The notes under the pieces were generated by a model. It saw nothing but the letters and a program-made list of their open reading frames with translations. It was not told where the DNA came from and searched no databases. Source: a virus (lineage: Duplodnaviria; Caudoviricetes). From it: DNA of 42,771 nucleotides. This document shows positions 31,671 through 40,627 of the stretch, in pieces; positions within the stretch are counted from its first letter, which is position 1; every line of letters begins with the position of its first letter. The translations under genes were made by a program, and so were the position numbers. The stretch covers positions 1-42,771 of IMG/VR virus record IMGVR_UViG_3300044820_000025; one strand, 5' to 3'.

Positions 31671-33989
31671 CTAGGCCTCTTCCTCTTCAGGTTCGGCTGT
31701 CATTTGCTCCATGCCGGCGCGGTGCTTCTCGTTGCCCTGCTCGGCGCTGATCGCCTGCGCAATCATGCCGGCATCATGCTTCTCGTCCGTATGGGCCATG
31801 CTCATGCCCCGGGACAGCATATCGATGCCGTGCTTCTGACCAGCCATCTCAAGACCGGATTGCGCCCGCACAAGCTCGGCCCTCTTGATCTCTACGTTCA
31901 GCGCGTTGAGCGTGCGCTTGGTCTGCAGGTCGTCCTCTTTGCCCGCAATCTCGATCTGCTTCAGATGGGCGTCGATCTGCGCCTGCATCGACTCCTGCGG
32001 ATCCTGCGGGGTGGCGCCAGCTTCCTTCAGGATCTTGAGCGTTTCGGCGTTCTTCTTCTTAACGTCGGCTTCCTTGTCGGCCATTTCCAGCTCAGCAGCT
32101 TTGGACTGCATCTGCTGGGCCTGTGCGGCTGCCTGCTCCTCCTGCGTCGGAGGCGGCGGCGGTTCACCTGGTCGGGCCTGGGCCTGCTTGCGTTCCTGCT
32201 GAAGCTTGCTCTTGATACCGGGCGGCAAGGCCTCCTCGAGGCGCTCACCGATCTCCTCGTGCATCGGCCAATCCTGCATCTTGGCGTAGATGTCGCCGAT
32301 CAAAGGAGCGGCCGGCGGGAAGGCTTGGATGAACGCCGTCATGCTGTCGGCGGCTTCCTGGCGCTTGGTCGCGTAACCTGGCCCCTGCTCGATCATCACG
32401 TCATAGGCGCCCGTGGTAACATCGCGCTCGATCTTTTCCACACCGCCCATGACTACGGGCTTGTTGATCTCCCGGAGCTGCGGCTTGCCATCGTCACCGA
32501 TGATCTGGATCATGCGCTGCGTGTCGTAGATGTGCGGGATCAGATCCATGATGATTTGCCCGGTGCGCTGGATCGCCATGCTGAAGTTATCGATATATAC
32601 GAACGTGCCGGTGTCCGATTGCGCGTCACGGCGCTGGATAGCCACGCCGGACGTCTCATTGGACTTGGCGCCAAGCGCGGTATCGTAGATGCCGATAACC
32701 GCCTTCATATCCTCGGCGGCTTTGATGCTCCCTTCCTGGATAGCCTGAGAGGCAACGGGAGGCTGCACACGCTCCGGCCGAAGACCAGGCGCCAGCGGAT
32801 CAACGTCAAACTCCAGGAACGGCAGGTTGTCCGTATTGGCCGTCTCCCACTGGTCGTAGTGCCGCTCGACCATTTTCTTGGTGACGATCCACGGCGCTTT
32901 CGGCTGCAGTGCAACCACTTCGGTTTCGGCAGAGGCGTAATAATTCACCATGCGCTGCAGATCGCGCGCGTAGCGAATGATACCATGGCGGTAAAGCTGG
33001 CGGCCGATACGAACCTCTTCGCCGATCACCGGAACGATGGGGATGTGCATCCCCTTCCATTCGTATTCCTCGAGCACCTCGCCACGGGTGATCAGGTAGC
33101 GGCAGACCTTGAAGCTATCGCGCTCCTCGATCCGGACACCCTGCACCTTGGCCTGTTCCATAGCAGCCTTTATGGTGGCCTTGTCGGCTGAGGCCATCTC
33201 GTCGGTCAGGTCCTTGATAGAACCGTCCGGCAACAGGGCCAGCGTGCGCTTGATGGCCTCCTTCTTCCAGTAGGTGCAGACCCTGATGTAGGCGTCGCTA
33301 TGCCAGTTGGCAAAAGCCGCCGATCGGACGTCGAAACCATCAGACTTGGCATCCGGCCAGCGCTTCTTGAACGCCGCAACCGTCATGTCCATCGGCACAA
33401 AACAGTGCATCGCGTCTTCGCGCGTCGGCATTGTGGAGTCGGCATCCCAGAGAACAGCTACACCGTCCTCAATGCCGGCAATGCGCAGTTCCTGGTTGAA
33501 CGTGGTCGTGCTGGCGTATTCAGTCAGGATCTGCCAATGGCCGATGCCGCAAGCCACTTGGCTGTCAGCGGCCGTCGTGTAGATGTGCTTCGCGAAGGAC
33601 CGGTTCTCGATGTAGCGGAACATGCCGCCGAGGTCTTCTGCCGTTTCGGGATCACCCGAACTGTCAACAGGAACAGCCTTCAGGCTCGGGCGCATCTTGC
33701 GCATATCGCCCGTAACCTGACGGATGAACTTGGGCAGCAGGTTGATGGTGTGGCAGGGCCGTCCGTTGCGCTGGATCAGGGCTTCCGGGGTCCATTGGTC
33801 TTCCTGGCGACCACGGCGGAACTTCAGGTCCTCGTAAGCCTCGTCCTGGTTGTCGCGCTCGCGCTCCCAGTCACGCTCGTATTCCTCCATTGCGTCTTCG
33901 TGGATCTGGCGCCACTCGGCACTTTCGGACGCGGTTGCGCTTTCGCTGGCATCTTCTTTGCCGGCGTAAACGTCATCGTCATCGGTCAT
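31671..33989 (-). CDS. Portal protein, P22-like
   Basis: QW...RPC.TIN, G.G.W, IPIVPV.G, D.QR..NY, SNETSG.AI..R, G.YDV....GP...TKR.E. Confidence 0.92.
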   Translation of the reverse strand: MTDDDDVYAGKEDASESATASESAEWRQIHEDAMEEYERDWERERDNQDEAYEDLKFRRGRQEDQWTPEALIQRNGRPCHTINLLPKFIRQVTGDMRKMRPSLKAVPVDSSGDPETAEDLGGMFRYIENRSFAKHIYTTAADSQVACGIGHWQILTEYASTTTFNQELRIAGIEDGVAVLWDADSTMPTREDAMHCFVPMDMTVAAFKKRWPDAKSDGFDVRSAAFANWHSDAYIRVCTYWKKEAIKRTLALLPDGSIKDLTDEMASADKATIKAAMEQAKVQGVRIEERDSFKVCRYLITRGEVLEEYEWKGMHIPIVPVIGEEVRIGRQLYRHGIIRYARDLQRMVNYYASAETEVVALQPKAPWIVTKKMVERHYDQWETANTDNLPFLEFDVDPLAPGLRPERVQPPVASQAIQEGSIKAAEDMKAVIGIYDTALGAKSNETSGVAIQRRDAQSDTGTFVYIDNFSMAIQRTGQIIMDLIPHIYDTQRMIQIIGDDGKPQLREINKPVVMGGVEKIERDVTTGAYDVMIEQGPGYATKRQEAADSMTAFIQAFPPAAPLIGDIYAKMQDWPMHEEIGERLEEALPPGIKSKLQQERKQAQARPGEPPPPPTQEEQAAAQAQQMQSKAAELEMADKEADVKKKNAETLKILKEAGATPQDPQESMQAQIDAHLKQIEIAGKEDDLQTKRTLNALNVEIKRAELVRAQSGLEMAGQKHGIDMLSRGMSMAHTDEKHDAGMIAQAISAEQGNEKHRAGMEQMTAEPEEEEA

Positions 33990-33993
33990 CAAG

Positions 33994-35544
33994 CTATGCG
34001 CCCATCCATCCAGCGGCACGGCGGCGCTCACGAAGGCGCTCCGTCTGTTCATGCACCGGCTCGGCAAAGGTCAAGGCAATAGCGTCCCAATCATCCGGAG
34101 ACCGAATACCGCGATTGCGCATGTGCTCTTTGCTTTCAAGTAATAGGCGCTGGTTCACGTCATACGAGTAACCAGGCCCACAGGCATCAGCCTGCAAACT
34201 GTCAGAATCCGGGATGTCGGCACCACCCGGCTCATTCAGCCAATCTCTCGATCGGCTCCACATCTCTGCCCGCCTATTGCGCGGCCCTGCCGACTTAGTC
34301 CCATCTGGCAGAATGATCGTTGGCTCTTGCGGCTCCGACCCGAAATTGATCGGCGTCACCGTCTCCAGGTAAACGCCACCCCAGCTATGCAGGATGTCCA
34401 CCACGCCAGCGCCAACGCCGCCGACGTCAACGAAGACCCGAGCCGGCTTGTCAGCGTCAATAACCTGCTTGATCCAGTTGGCGCCTTCCACGACACTTGT
34501 CTTGCCCCGGCTTTCCGTCTTGGAAACCTGCCGTCCTCGACGCCATGCCAGCGAGAACTTGTCGTCTCCAAACCGCGCCGGATCGGCACCGATTACCAGG
34601 GGCCCGATGCCATCGCAGGTGTTCTTGCGAGCGGCCAACACGGCTTCCGATCGAATGAAGCTGTCATGGCCTGTTAGCTGGAATGCCTCCTGAGCTGTCG
34701 CCGGGTATTCCTGCTTGAACAACAGCGGGTCTTTCAACTCCGCAATCTTCGCGCGGCGCCACACCATCTGTTCCAGGCGTAGACCATGAGCATCAGCATA
34801 AGCCTGCTCCTCTTCGTCCATCTTGAAGTCTGGAGGAGCCGGCCGGCTGTACTCATCCTGCCAATACCACGGAATGAAGATAGCCTCGTAATCTCCTATG
34901 CCAGACTCTGCCTGCTGCCAGCGCTCGTGAAACTCGCCACCCATGCCGTTGGCTGTGGACTCCAGCAATATCTCGGTTCCCGGCAAATCCGGGATGGCCT
35001 GGACAACGCCTGCAAAGTGCGTCTTCGCATTAGGCCAGAAAGCCACCTCAGAGCCGTGAAAGAGCTGGACTGTCTGTGACCGCCCCGTTGCCTTGGCACC
35101 GGCTGTGCCGACCGCGTAGCCACTCTCAAGCGCCTCGAAACTCAACTCCTTGGCGTTCGCCGCACCTGTCACCGGCTTAACAAGATCAGGACAATGCGTG
35201 TGATAGCGCTCCACCATCCCAAACAGGTTATTCGTCGCATCCTGCTCGTGCGTCAGGATGAAAACCCGAACGCCCTTGGTGTGGCTGGCTCTCCAGTAGA
35301 ACCTTCCGCCAATGTAAGTGGAAACGCCCTGCTGCCGCCCCTTCAGGACCAGCGCACGGACCTTGCCAGTTTTAGCCCTCTGCTCCTCGAGCTTGCCGTG
35401 TAAGTAGATCTGCGCCTGGTTAAGGGTTAGCGGTTCGATCTTGCCCGACTTGGATCTGATCCGCATGCACTTCGCAGCATAGTGCTGGAAGTCGTCACGC
35501 AGTCTCTTCCGTATCGTCCGTTCCCTGCTCGACATCGAGCTCAT
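33994..35544 (-). CDS. terL: Terminase large subunit
   Basis: LKGRQQGVST (Walker A), FHGSEVAFW (Walker B), ESTANG, GADPA..G.D, RSPD..DA. Confidence 0.95.
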   Translation of the reverse strand: MSSMSSRERTIRKRLRDDFQHYAAKCMRIRSKSGKIEPLTLNQAQIYLHGKLEEQRAKTGKVRALVLKGRQQGVSTYIGGRFYWRASHTKGVRVFILTHEQDATNNLFGMVERYHTHCPDLVKPVTGAANAKELSFEALESGYAVGTAGAKATGRSQTVQLFHGSEVAFWPNAKTHFAGVVQAIPDLPGTEILLESTANGMGGEFHERWQQAESGIGDYEAIFIPWYWQDEYSRPAPPDFKMDEEEQAYADAHGLRLEQMVWRRAKIAELKDPLLFKQEYPATAQEAFQLTGHDSFIRSEAVLAARKNTCDGIGPLVIGADPARFGDDKFSLAWRRGRQVSKTESRGKTSVVEGANWIKQVIDADKPARVFVDVGGVGAGVVDILHSWGGVYLETVTPINFGSEPQEPTIILPDGTKSAGPRNRRAEMWSRSRDWLNEPGGADIPDSDSLQADACGPGYSYDVNQRLLLESKEHMRNRGIRSPDDWDAIALTFAEPVHEQTERLRERRRAAGWMGA

Positions 35545-35788
35545 TCAAAGCATCCTCGTGGGAAACGGCCAAGCTGCCGGACATCTCCACTGCCTGAGCG
35601 GGCTTGCCATCCAACCGATCTGCGATTTCCCGGATTGCGGGAAGCCCATCAGCGCCCGCCGCGATATCCAGCAATTTGCGGGCAAGTCCGCGCAAGGCAC
35701 GCGGATTGTCATCGCCCAACGCCGCCAATTCCATCCGCAATGCATCGCGGAACGGCTTGTCTCTCTGCTGTCCTCTGGGATTAGCCAT
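35495..35788 (-). CDS. terS: Terminase small subunit
   Basis: NP.G...KPFRDAL...AIREIADRLDGKP.Q; directly upstream of terL. Confidence 0.8.
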   Translation of the reverse strand: MANPRGQQRDKPFRDALRMELAALGDDNPRALRGLARKLLDIAAGADGLPAIREIADRLDGKPAQAVEMSGSLAVSHEDALNELDVEQGTDDTEETA

Positions 35789-35847
35789 TTGTACGCTTAA
35801 GTTCTTGTTCCATTATTCATAACCAAACCGCTGAGCGGGCTTGCCAA

Positions 35848-36054
35848 TTACTGCAAAACCGGCACGCAGACGGTCACAACCGACCTGTCCGCCTTATGGA
35901 TTACCGCCCGGGCTTCCTTGCACTTTGCTTCTTCGGGATATGATGCAATCAGCGTCCCGGCATTCGTCTTGACCGACATTACCCAAATTACCTTTGCATC
36001 ATCCGCAAAAGCTGGGCTTGCGAGCAGGAGCGAAGCGGCCAGGATATATCGCAT
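35848..36054 (-). CDS. Small secreted protein
   Basis: MRYILAASLLLASPAFA signal peptide; two Cys residues. Confidence 0.7.
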   Translation of the reverse strand: MRYILAASLLLASPAFADDAKVIWVMSVKTNAGTLIASYPEEAKCKEARAVIHKADRSVVTVCVPVLQ

Positions 36055-36540
36055 TAGTCTAGCTTCCCGAAATTCAGGCGATGGTATTCGGTCTCGCGAT
36101 AGTAGGCGTTCACAGCAAACCCTCGCAATTCGGACATCTGGCTGTCTGTTTTCGGCAAGCAGGAGGCTTGATCCTGACTCTTTGCCGGGGCCTCAAACAT
36201 GCCCCAATGCGAGATCGATACCATCTTCATCTATTGCGCTCCAGATAAACGAGGAACCCGGCCAAGCGACAAGCGCCATAGTCCCCACGAGGTCAACCAT
36301 CACGCGCTATCCTGATCAGGCGCGCAATACTCGCTAGGCGCCGTATCGATCACCCGGTCATGCGGGATAATCGCCACATTGGAGATCTCCGTCGCTACCT
36401 GGTTGGCGAAATCGCTATACATCCGCTCCATGTCGCGCTTGTTCTGAAAATCCCGGATCTGGATGATAGTTGCGGTCAAAAGCACCTCCCAGCAAAAATC
36501 AGAATGAACGCCAGAACGTAATATGCGGCAACGTAACCCA

Positions 36541-36747
36541 TTAGGGGTCGTACCTCTGCTCTAAGTACACCGCTCCAAGCTCGGAGGCCGCAATCATGGC
36601 CCCGTACCTGTTCGCTAGCTTTTCATTAGGAAATTCACCGCACTGAGAGCTGCCGCCGCCCTGCGACGGGCCATCATCTTCCTTCTCATAACGAACAACC
36701 GTCCACACGGTATGGGGGACGGCGCGGTACTCAATCGTCTTTGCCAT
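36541..36747 (-). CDS. Hypothetical protein, first late gene
   Basis: GGAG RBS; V.RY...GS...GEF.N motif. Confidence 0.7.
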   Translation of the reverse strand: MAKTIEYRAVPHTVWTVVRYEKEDDGPSQGGGSSQCGEFPNEKLANRYGAMIAASELGAVYLEQRYDP

Positions 36748-36755
36748 GGTTTTCT

Positions 36756-37106
36756 CCAGCGACCGCCTCAGCGGCCTAGCAGACTCCAGATTCCGTCTGG
36801 CGCGGTATGGGGTGTCCCGGCCCTATGGGCTGGCAGGTACGGCATCAGGGGAAATGCGGTTGCTGCTCTCGGGACAAGACGGCCAAAGCCCTTTTCGGCA
36901 ATAGGTGCTATTCAGTGGCTTGCCGTCTTATAAGTACCTGACTGCGAGTGGCTTCTGAACCATCCCCGAGGAGGCATCAGCAAAGGCCCCGGTTTGTGAG
37001 GTATCCACTAGCTCCGTCTTCTGCGATTAAGCCACAGTCAGATTAGGTATCAGCTCAGCCCCACCAAGTGAGAAGGGGGAGGAAGCCTTGATGTGAGCCA
37101 AGCTGA
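36756..37106 (-). ncRNA. Highly structured non-coding late-leader region
   Basis: Stems at 37050-37106, 36935-37049 and 36875-36930, plus three small hairpins in 36756-36833; strand inferred from the upstream promoter. Confidence 0.45.
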
Positions 37107-37108
37107 AT

Positions 37109-37145
37109 CAAAACGCCCGCTCCAGTTTCCTGTGCGGGCGCAAAA
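37109..37145 (-). terminator. tR'-like terminator
   Basis: CGCCCGC-loop-GCGGGCG-TTTT just downstream of the late promoter. Confidence 0.65.
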
Positions 37146-37154
37146 CTTCATCTT

Positions 37155-37697
37155 CTATTTCGGACCATGAGTGATTTGCAGCCCCGGGTCAATGCCGAAA
37201 TACTCAACAAGGTTATTTAGTCCACAGATAAGCACAGATAACTCGTGGGAGCTTGGTACCGGCTTATCAAATACCGCATAGTCCCTAACTGCTACCTGCA
37301 GCTTGCGGTGCCCGCATTTGATGTAGGCGCGGTCATATCGAATACCTAGCGCCTTTGCTGTCTCATCAGGCATGCCGACACCAGCGCCCTTTCCTATCCG
37401 TCCCCAGTCCATCGCGGCTGGCGTGGGTGATGGCGCTTGGAGGGCCGAGCGATACCTTGCAGCTAGTTCGGCGTACACTTTGCCAGCCTCGTGCTGCGCT
37501 GGCGTGACGTGGCCCAAAAGTAGCAGGCGCCCGAACTCCGACTCAGCCTCCTGGAGGCCGCGAAACTTAACCGGCACAACAACCCGGTGAGGTTGGTCCA
37601 TTACCTGCTGCTTTGGATCCACGTAGGTTCGCTGCGCCCGACCATTAGGCTCTCGCTGGACGCCAACTTTACGTTTCCTGCCGGCACGAGCCATCAC
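37155..37697 (-). CDS. Q-position late transcription regulator (probable antiterminator)
   Basis: Last early gene; GRL...G.VT..Q..AG..Y and L..GL..L..YF motifs; followed by promoter and terminator. Confidence 0.55.
   Translation of the reverse strand: MMARAGRKRKVGVQREPNGRAQRTYVDPKQQVMDQPHRVVVPVKFRGLQEAESEFGRLLLLGHVTPAQHEAGKVYAELAARYRSALQAPSPTPAAMDWGRIGKGAGVGMPDETAKALGIRYDRAYIKCGHRKLQVAVRDYAVFDKPVPSSHELSVLICGLNNLVEYFGIDPGLQITHGPK
37164..37192 (-). promoter_or_regulatory. pR'-like late promoter
   Basis: TTGACC-N17-CATGGT within the 3' end of the Q-position gene. Confidence 0.55.
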
Positions 37698-38209
37698 GAA
37701 GCCCTCGCAAATTCACCAAATACGTCCTTAGCGCGGGCTGCATATGCGGCGCTCGCCTCCTCGGCAGTCGCAAAAATTCCAATATATTTATATTTCCCGT
37801 TAAACCTTATTTCCGCCAGATACGGCTTTTTCTTACAGTTTATTCGGCGCACCCCTTTTATCCCAAGTGAATTATTCACCTTTGCGCGCTGGTTAGCCTG
37901 GTTGGTTGAATTTGTCGCTAACCGTAAGTTCTCCCACTTCCCGTTTCCCCTATCCATGTCGATATGATCGACAAACACTGGCGGCCACGATCCCGTCATA
38001 TAGAACCAAGCTAGTCTTGAAGACGGGAATCCCCTCCAACCTATTTTGACCCTTAGGTATCCGTCCTTATCTACATATCCAGCGGAGTCGCCCACACGAG
38101 CGGAGCCACGGTCTTTGACCCATGTCCATACCCCCGTGCTTGGATCGTAGTGCAAGTAAGATTTGAGCGCCTGAACGGATAGTTCGCTCTCTCGATTAAT
38201 TCTGATCAC
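37694..38209 (-). CDS. HNH endonuclease with a C-terminal AP2 domain
   Basis: L.YDP.TG.W, RLAW.YM.G.WP...VDH.D.D..N..W.NLR.AT...N..N, G.KGV, IG.F.T.EEA. Confidence 0.9.
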   Translation of the reverse strand: MIRINRESELSVQALKSYLHYDPSTGVWTWVKDRGSARVGDSAGYVDKDGYLRVKIGWRGFPSSRLAWFYMTGSWPPVFVDHIDMDRGNGKWENLRLATNSTNQANQRAKVNNSLGIKGVRRINCKKKPYLAEIRFNGKYKYIGIFATAEEASAAYAARAKDVFGEFARAS

Positions 38210-38239
38210 ATCTTGCCCCGATGTTCGTTAAACTGGACT

Positions 38240-38335
38240 CTACGAGAACAACACCTTGCCGACGAGAAACCAGACCCCAAAGTTTATAAAAAATAAGTAC
38301 ATCTTCACGTCTCTCTTGAAGCCGTCGTCGATCAT
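38240..38335 (-). CDS. Tiny membrane peptide (31 aa)
   Basis: MIDDGFKRDVKMYLFFINFGVWFLVGKVLFS; GGAG RBS. Confidence 0.35.
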   Translation of the reverse strand: MIDDGFKRDVKMYLFFINFGVWFLVGKVLFS

Positions 38336-38336
38336 C

Positions 38337-38798
38337 TCATTCTCCCTTGGGGTTACTGCATTGAGCTGCCTTAAGCTCTAGGTAAAACTCATGATAGCGA
38401 ACCATGCGAGCAACGTCCTTTTCCGTCACGCCCTTCAGGCGCCGGATGTCGCTGTTGTGGCGCAAGTCTTCGATCTTGACCCGGACAGCGTCTGGGTTGT
38501 GCTTCACGCGGTATCGGTAGGCCGCTTCAGAATCGCCGGGGCGCTTGGTCAAGCAGAAGATTGCGTCGATCACGCGAGGACCGAACCCCATGTCGCACAA
38601 TTCACCTTCAGTCGTTTCGGTATCTTCCAGCAGATCATGACCGACCGCGATGCACTGTAACTCCTCGTCGTCCGTGCGCAGCCGATGCATCACGGTCAGC
38701 GGGTGCAGGATATACGGGCGTCCGCCTTTATCGAACTGCCCAGCGTGCCGCTCGGTCGCTAGGGAGATCATCTTCGAAAGCATCTCACCCCTTTTCAT
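38337..38798 (-). CDS. Small alarmone hydrolase-like HD protein (RelA/SpoT/Mesh1 hydrolase family)
   Basis: H.GQ.DK.G.PYILHP..V, HDLLEDT, LTK, VK.EDL.HN. Confidence 0.85.
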   Translation of the reverse strand: MKRGEMLSKMISLATERHAGQFDKGGRPYILHPLTVMHRLRTDDEELQCIAVGHDLLEDTETTEGELCDMGFGPRVIDAIFCLTKRPGDSEAAYRYRVKHNPDAVRVKIEDLRHNSDIRRLKGVTEKDVARMVRYHEFYLELKAAQCSNPKGE

Positions 38799-38851
38799 TC
38801 CATCCTCCTACTGAGTGCTAGGGCTGAAGCCATTCGAGATATGCTCTGAGA

Positions 38852-39487
38852 TCATTGCATCGACCTCGCAGCGGGGTTACCGAGCTTGGCCTTCATTGCC
38901 GCCAGATGTTCGTCTGAGAACTCCAAAAGAGGCTCTGCGAGGAGGAGTTCGTTGAGCTGCCGGCGGATGCCCATTACCCGGTACATCTCGACAAGAGACA
39001 GTTCACGGAGCGTTGCCGGTGCCGGCTGCCATTTGTAATCGTGCTTGGCACCACATTCTCCGCGATGCCAGCGCCGCATAGCCTCCTGAACGGCCCAGCT
39101 AGGCACATCCTCCAGAGCCGCCATATAGGCCTCACCTTTGGCCTCCCCGACCAGATCCCCACTCTCGCGGCTCGGCAGCACAAGCATCATCTTGGCAACC
39201 GTCGTCATCGTCAGTTCGCCGTGCACCTCGTCCTCTTCCGGAGTCATAGCGAGGACTTGGTTCAATTCAGATACGTGGTTCTCAATGAGCATTTTTTGCT
39301 CCCGGTCTAAGATCAAGGAGGCCGGCAGAGTTGGCACCAGACGGTGAACCCCCTCCTGATCTGGCTGCGTTACCTTCTTTAAGGTAGCGGAGCGCTGCAC
39401 TACCCACTGTGGCAACTTGCTGAGCTTCGCGGGCCGTCGCACGTCCGGCAGCGGGATCGGTTCGATAATTGCTAATTGATTGGACAT
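38852..39487 (-). CDS. Replication-module protein, P/helicase-loader position
   Basis: EAY..AL.DVP.WAV..A...W.RG...W.P.PA.L; GGGGGA RBS; overlaps the initiator gene. Confidence 0.6.
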   Translation of the reverse strand: MSNQLAIIEPIPLPDVRRPAKLSKLPQWVVQRSATLKKVTQPDQEGVHRLVPTLPASLILDREQKMLIENHVSELNQVLAMTPEEDEVHGELTMTTVAKMMLVLPSRESGDLVGEAKGEAYMAALEDVPSWAVQEAMRRWHRGECGAKHDYKWQPAPATLRELSLVEMYRVMGIRRQLNELLLAEPLLEFSDEHLAAMKAKLGNPAARSMQ

Positions 39488-40064
39488 TGTTCCCCCCGCC
39501 GAACTTTGGCGTATTCCGAATGAAATTGCAGAAAGCCGCATCGTAGTCGGCGTAGAGCTTGCCATTGGCCTTCAGGTAATCGCGGAACCTGGACTCGACA
39601 GCAGCGACCGACACGCCGAGCGATTCAGCCAGCGGGAATGCTCTCGACGGCGGCACCCAATTGTCGGGTAACGGGGCGTCACGCTTTTTCAGCACGCGCT
39701 CTTTCTTACTTTCTTTCTTTATTGCTAGATCTTCCTTCTTATCTTCTAAGTAAGTAAGAGGGGAATCCGGCGCGGCGTCACTAGTGACGCTTTCGTTACG
39801 GTTCGTTACGGTTTGTGACGCTTGCCCCGAACGTAACGAAGTGACGCTTTGTGACGTTTCGTTACGGTTTTCGTCACCGTCACGCGTTACGCTTTGTGAC
39901 GCTTTGTTACGCTCACGATACCTCTGCTGCCGGGTTGCGCCGGATGATTTGCGGGTCATGCTGCCGGCCATCTCGAAAGCGGCACGAGCTAAAAGCCCGG
40001 CTGCCTGCGCCGCGTCCATGCCGCCGGCCACGAGGGCCGCTATGACTGTTGCCGTTGCTGTCAT
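39282..40064 (-). CDS. Replication initiator, lambda O-like
   Basis: RQQRYRER, internal iteron-encoded repeats, LP.NW.P...F.DY...Y.D..AAF.N.IR. Confidence 0.7.
   Translation of the reverse strand: MTATATVIAALVAGGMDAAQAAGLLARAAFEMAGSMTRKSSGATRQQRYRERNKASQSVTRDGDENRNETSQSVTSLRSGQASQTVTNRNESVTSDAAPDSPLTYLEDKKEDLAIKKESKKERVLKKRDAPLPDNWVPPSRAFPLAESLGVSVAAVESRFRDYLKANGKLYADYDAAFCNFIRNTPKFGGGNNVQSISNYRTDPAAGRATAREAQQVATVGSAALRYLKEGNAARSGGGSPSGANSAGLLDLRPGAKNAH
39699..39911. repeat. Replication origin: GT(G/T)ACG iteron array with adjacent AT-rich tract
   Basis: Direct copies at 39784, 39795, 39805, 39815, 39841, 39851, 39861, 39886, 39896, 39906 (10-bp phasing); inverted copies at 39776, 39832, 39872, 39878; AT-rich tract at 39699-39759. 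Confidence 0.75.
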
Positions 40065-40627
40065 GGGAACACCACGTCGCAAATCCTTTGAGCGCACCCA
40101 TCGGCGTCTCTGTGGATCTGAGACCCAGTAAACCGCATGGTCAGGTAACCACGGTCGGCGGCAGCCCTGTCCTTCGTTCGGTCATGGGCAATCTGCTTGG
40201 CAGACGTATGGAAGTCTCGACCGTCGCATTCGATAAGCAAGGCCATCTTCGTAACGGGGCTATAGATCGCCCAGTCCGAACGGTAGTAGGACCATGCGAA
40301 CTGCGGGACCAAGAACAGTTCATCGCCTGCCAAAGCGCTTTCCAGGTCGACCGTCTGGCACAGGCTGAGCTTGTGACCGGTGCGCTCGAAGTAGACAAGT
40401 ATGGCGGCGCCCATCTCATATTCTATGGGGCTGTCGCAGTTGCCGCCGATCTCTTGGAACCGGCGAATGCGTGCGATGGCCAACGCCGTCACATCTCCGA
40501 TCGGCTTCATCGTCTCTGGGCCGGCTTCTTCTTCGGAGCCGCGCGCATAGAACAGCCGTCCGCTACACTCAACCGGGTAGCCGTCAGCGTCTAGGCCGTC
40601 GTCATAGACTGGTGAGTATCTGGCCAT
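40061..40627 (-). CDS. DUF559-like PD-(D/E)XK endonuclease
   Basis: SPIE, PQ....YR.D, IECDG.DFH...Q...D..KDR.....GY...RFTGS.I. Confidence 0.8.
   Translation of the reverse strand: MARYSPVYDDGLDADGYPVECSGRLFYARGSEEEAGPETMKPIGDVTALAIARIRRFQEIGGNCDSPIEYEMGAAILVYFERTGHKLSLCQTVDLESALAGDELFLVPQFAWSYYRSDWAIYSPVTKMALLIECDGRDFHTSAKQIAHDRTKDRAAADRGYLTMRFTGSQIHRDADGCAQRICDVVFP

Noticed and set aside
31587-33191. 534-aa + strand ORF
   Set aside because: Antisense shadow of the portal gene in GC-rich DNA; the same applies to 8971-9807, 19754-20581, 27081-27752 and 33300-34082
36060-36540. Coding or ncRNA feature between the late-leader genes
   Set aside because: Only weak ORFs (e.g. 36300-36485) and no clear structure; left uncalled
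36875-36930. Hammerhead ribozyme
   Set aside because: Has CUGA and GAAA on the - strand but lacks the CUGANGA core and the required stem arrangement
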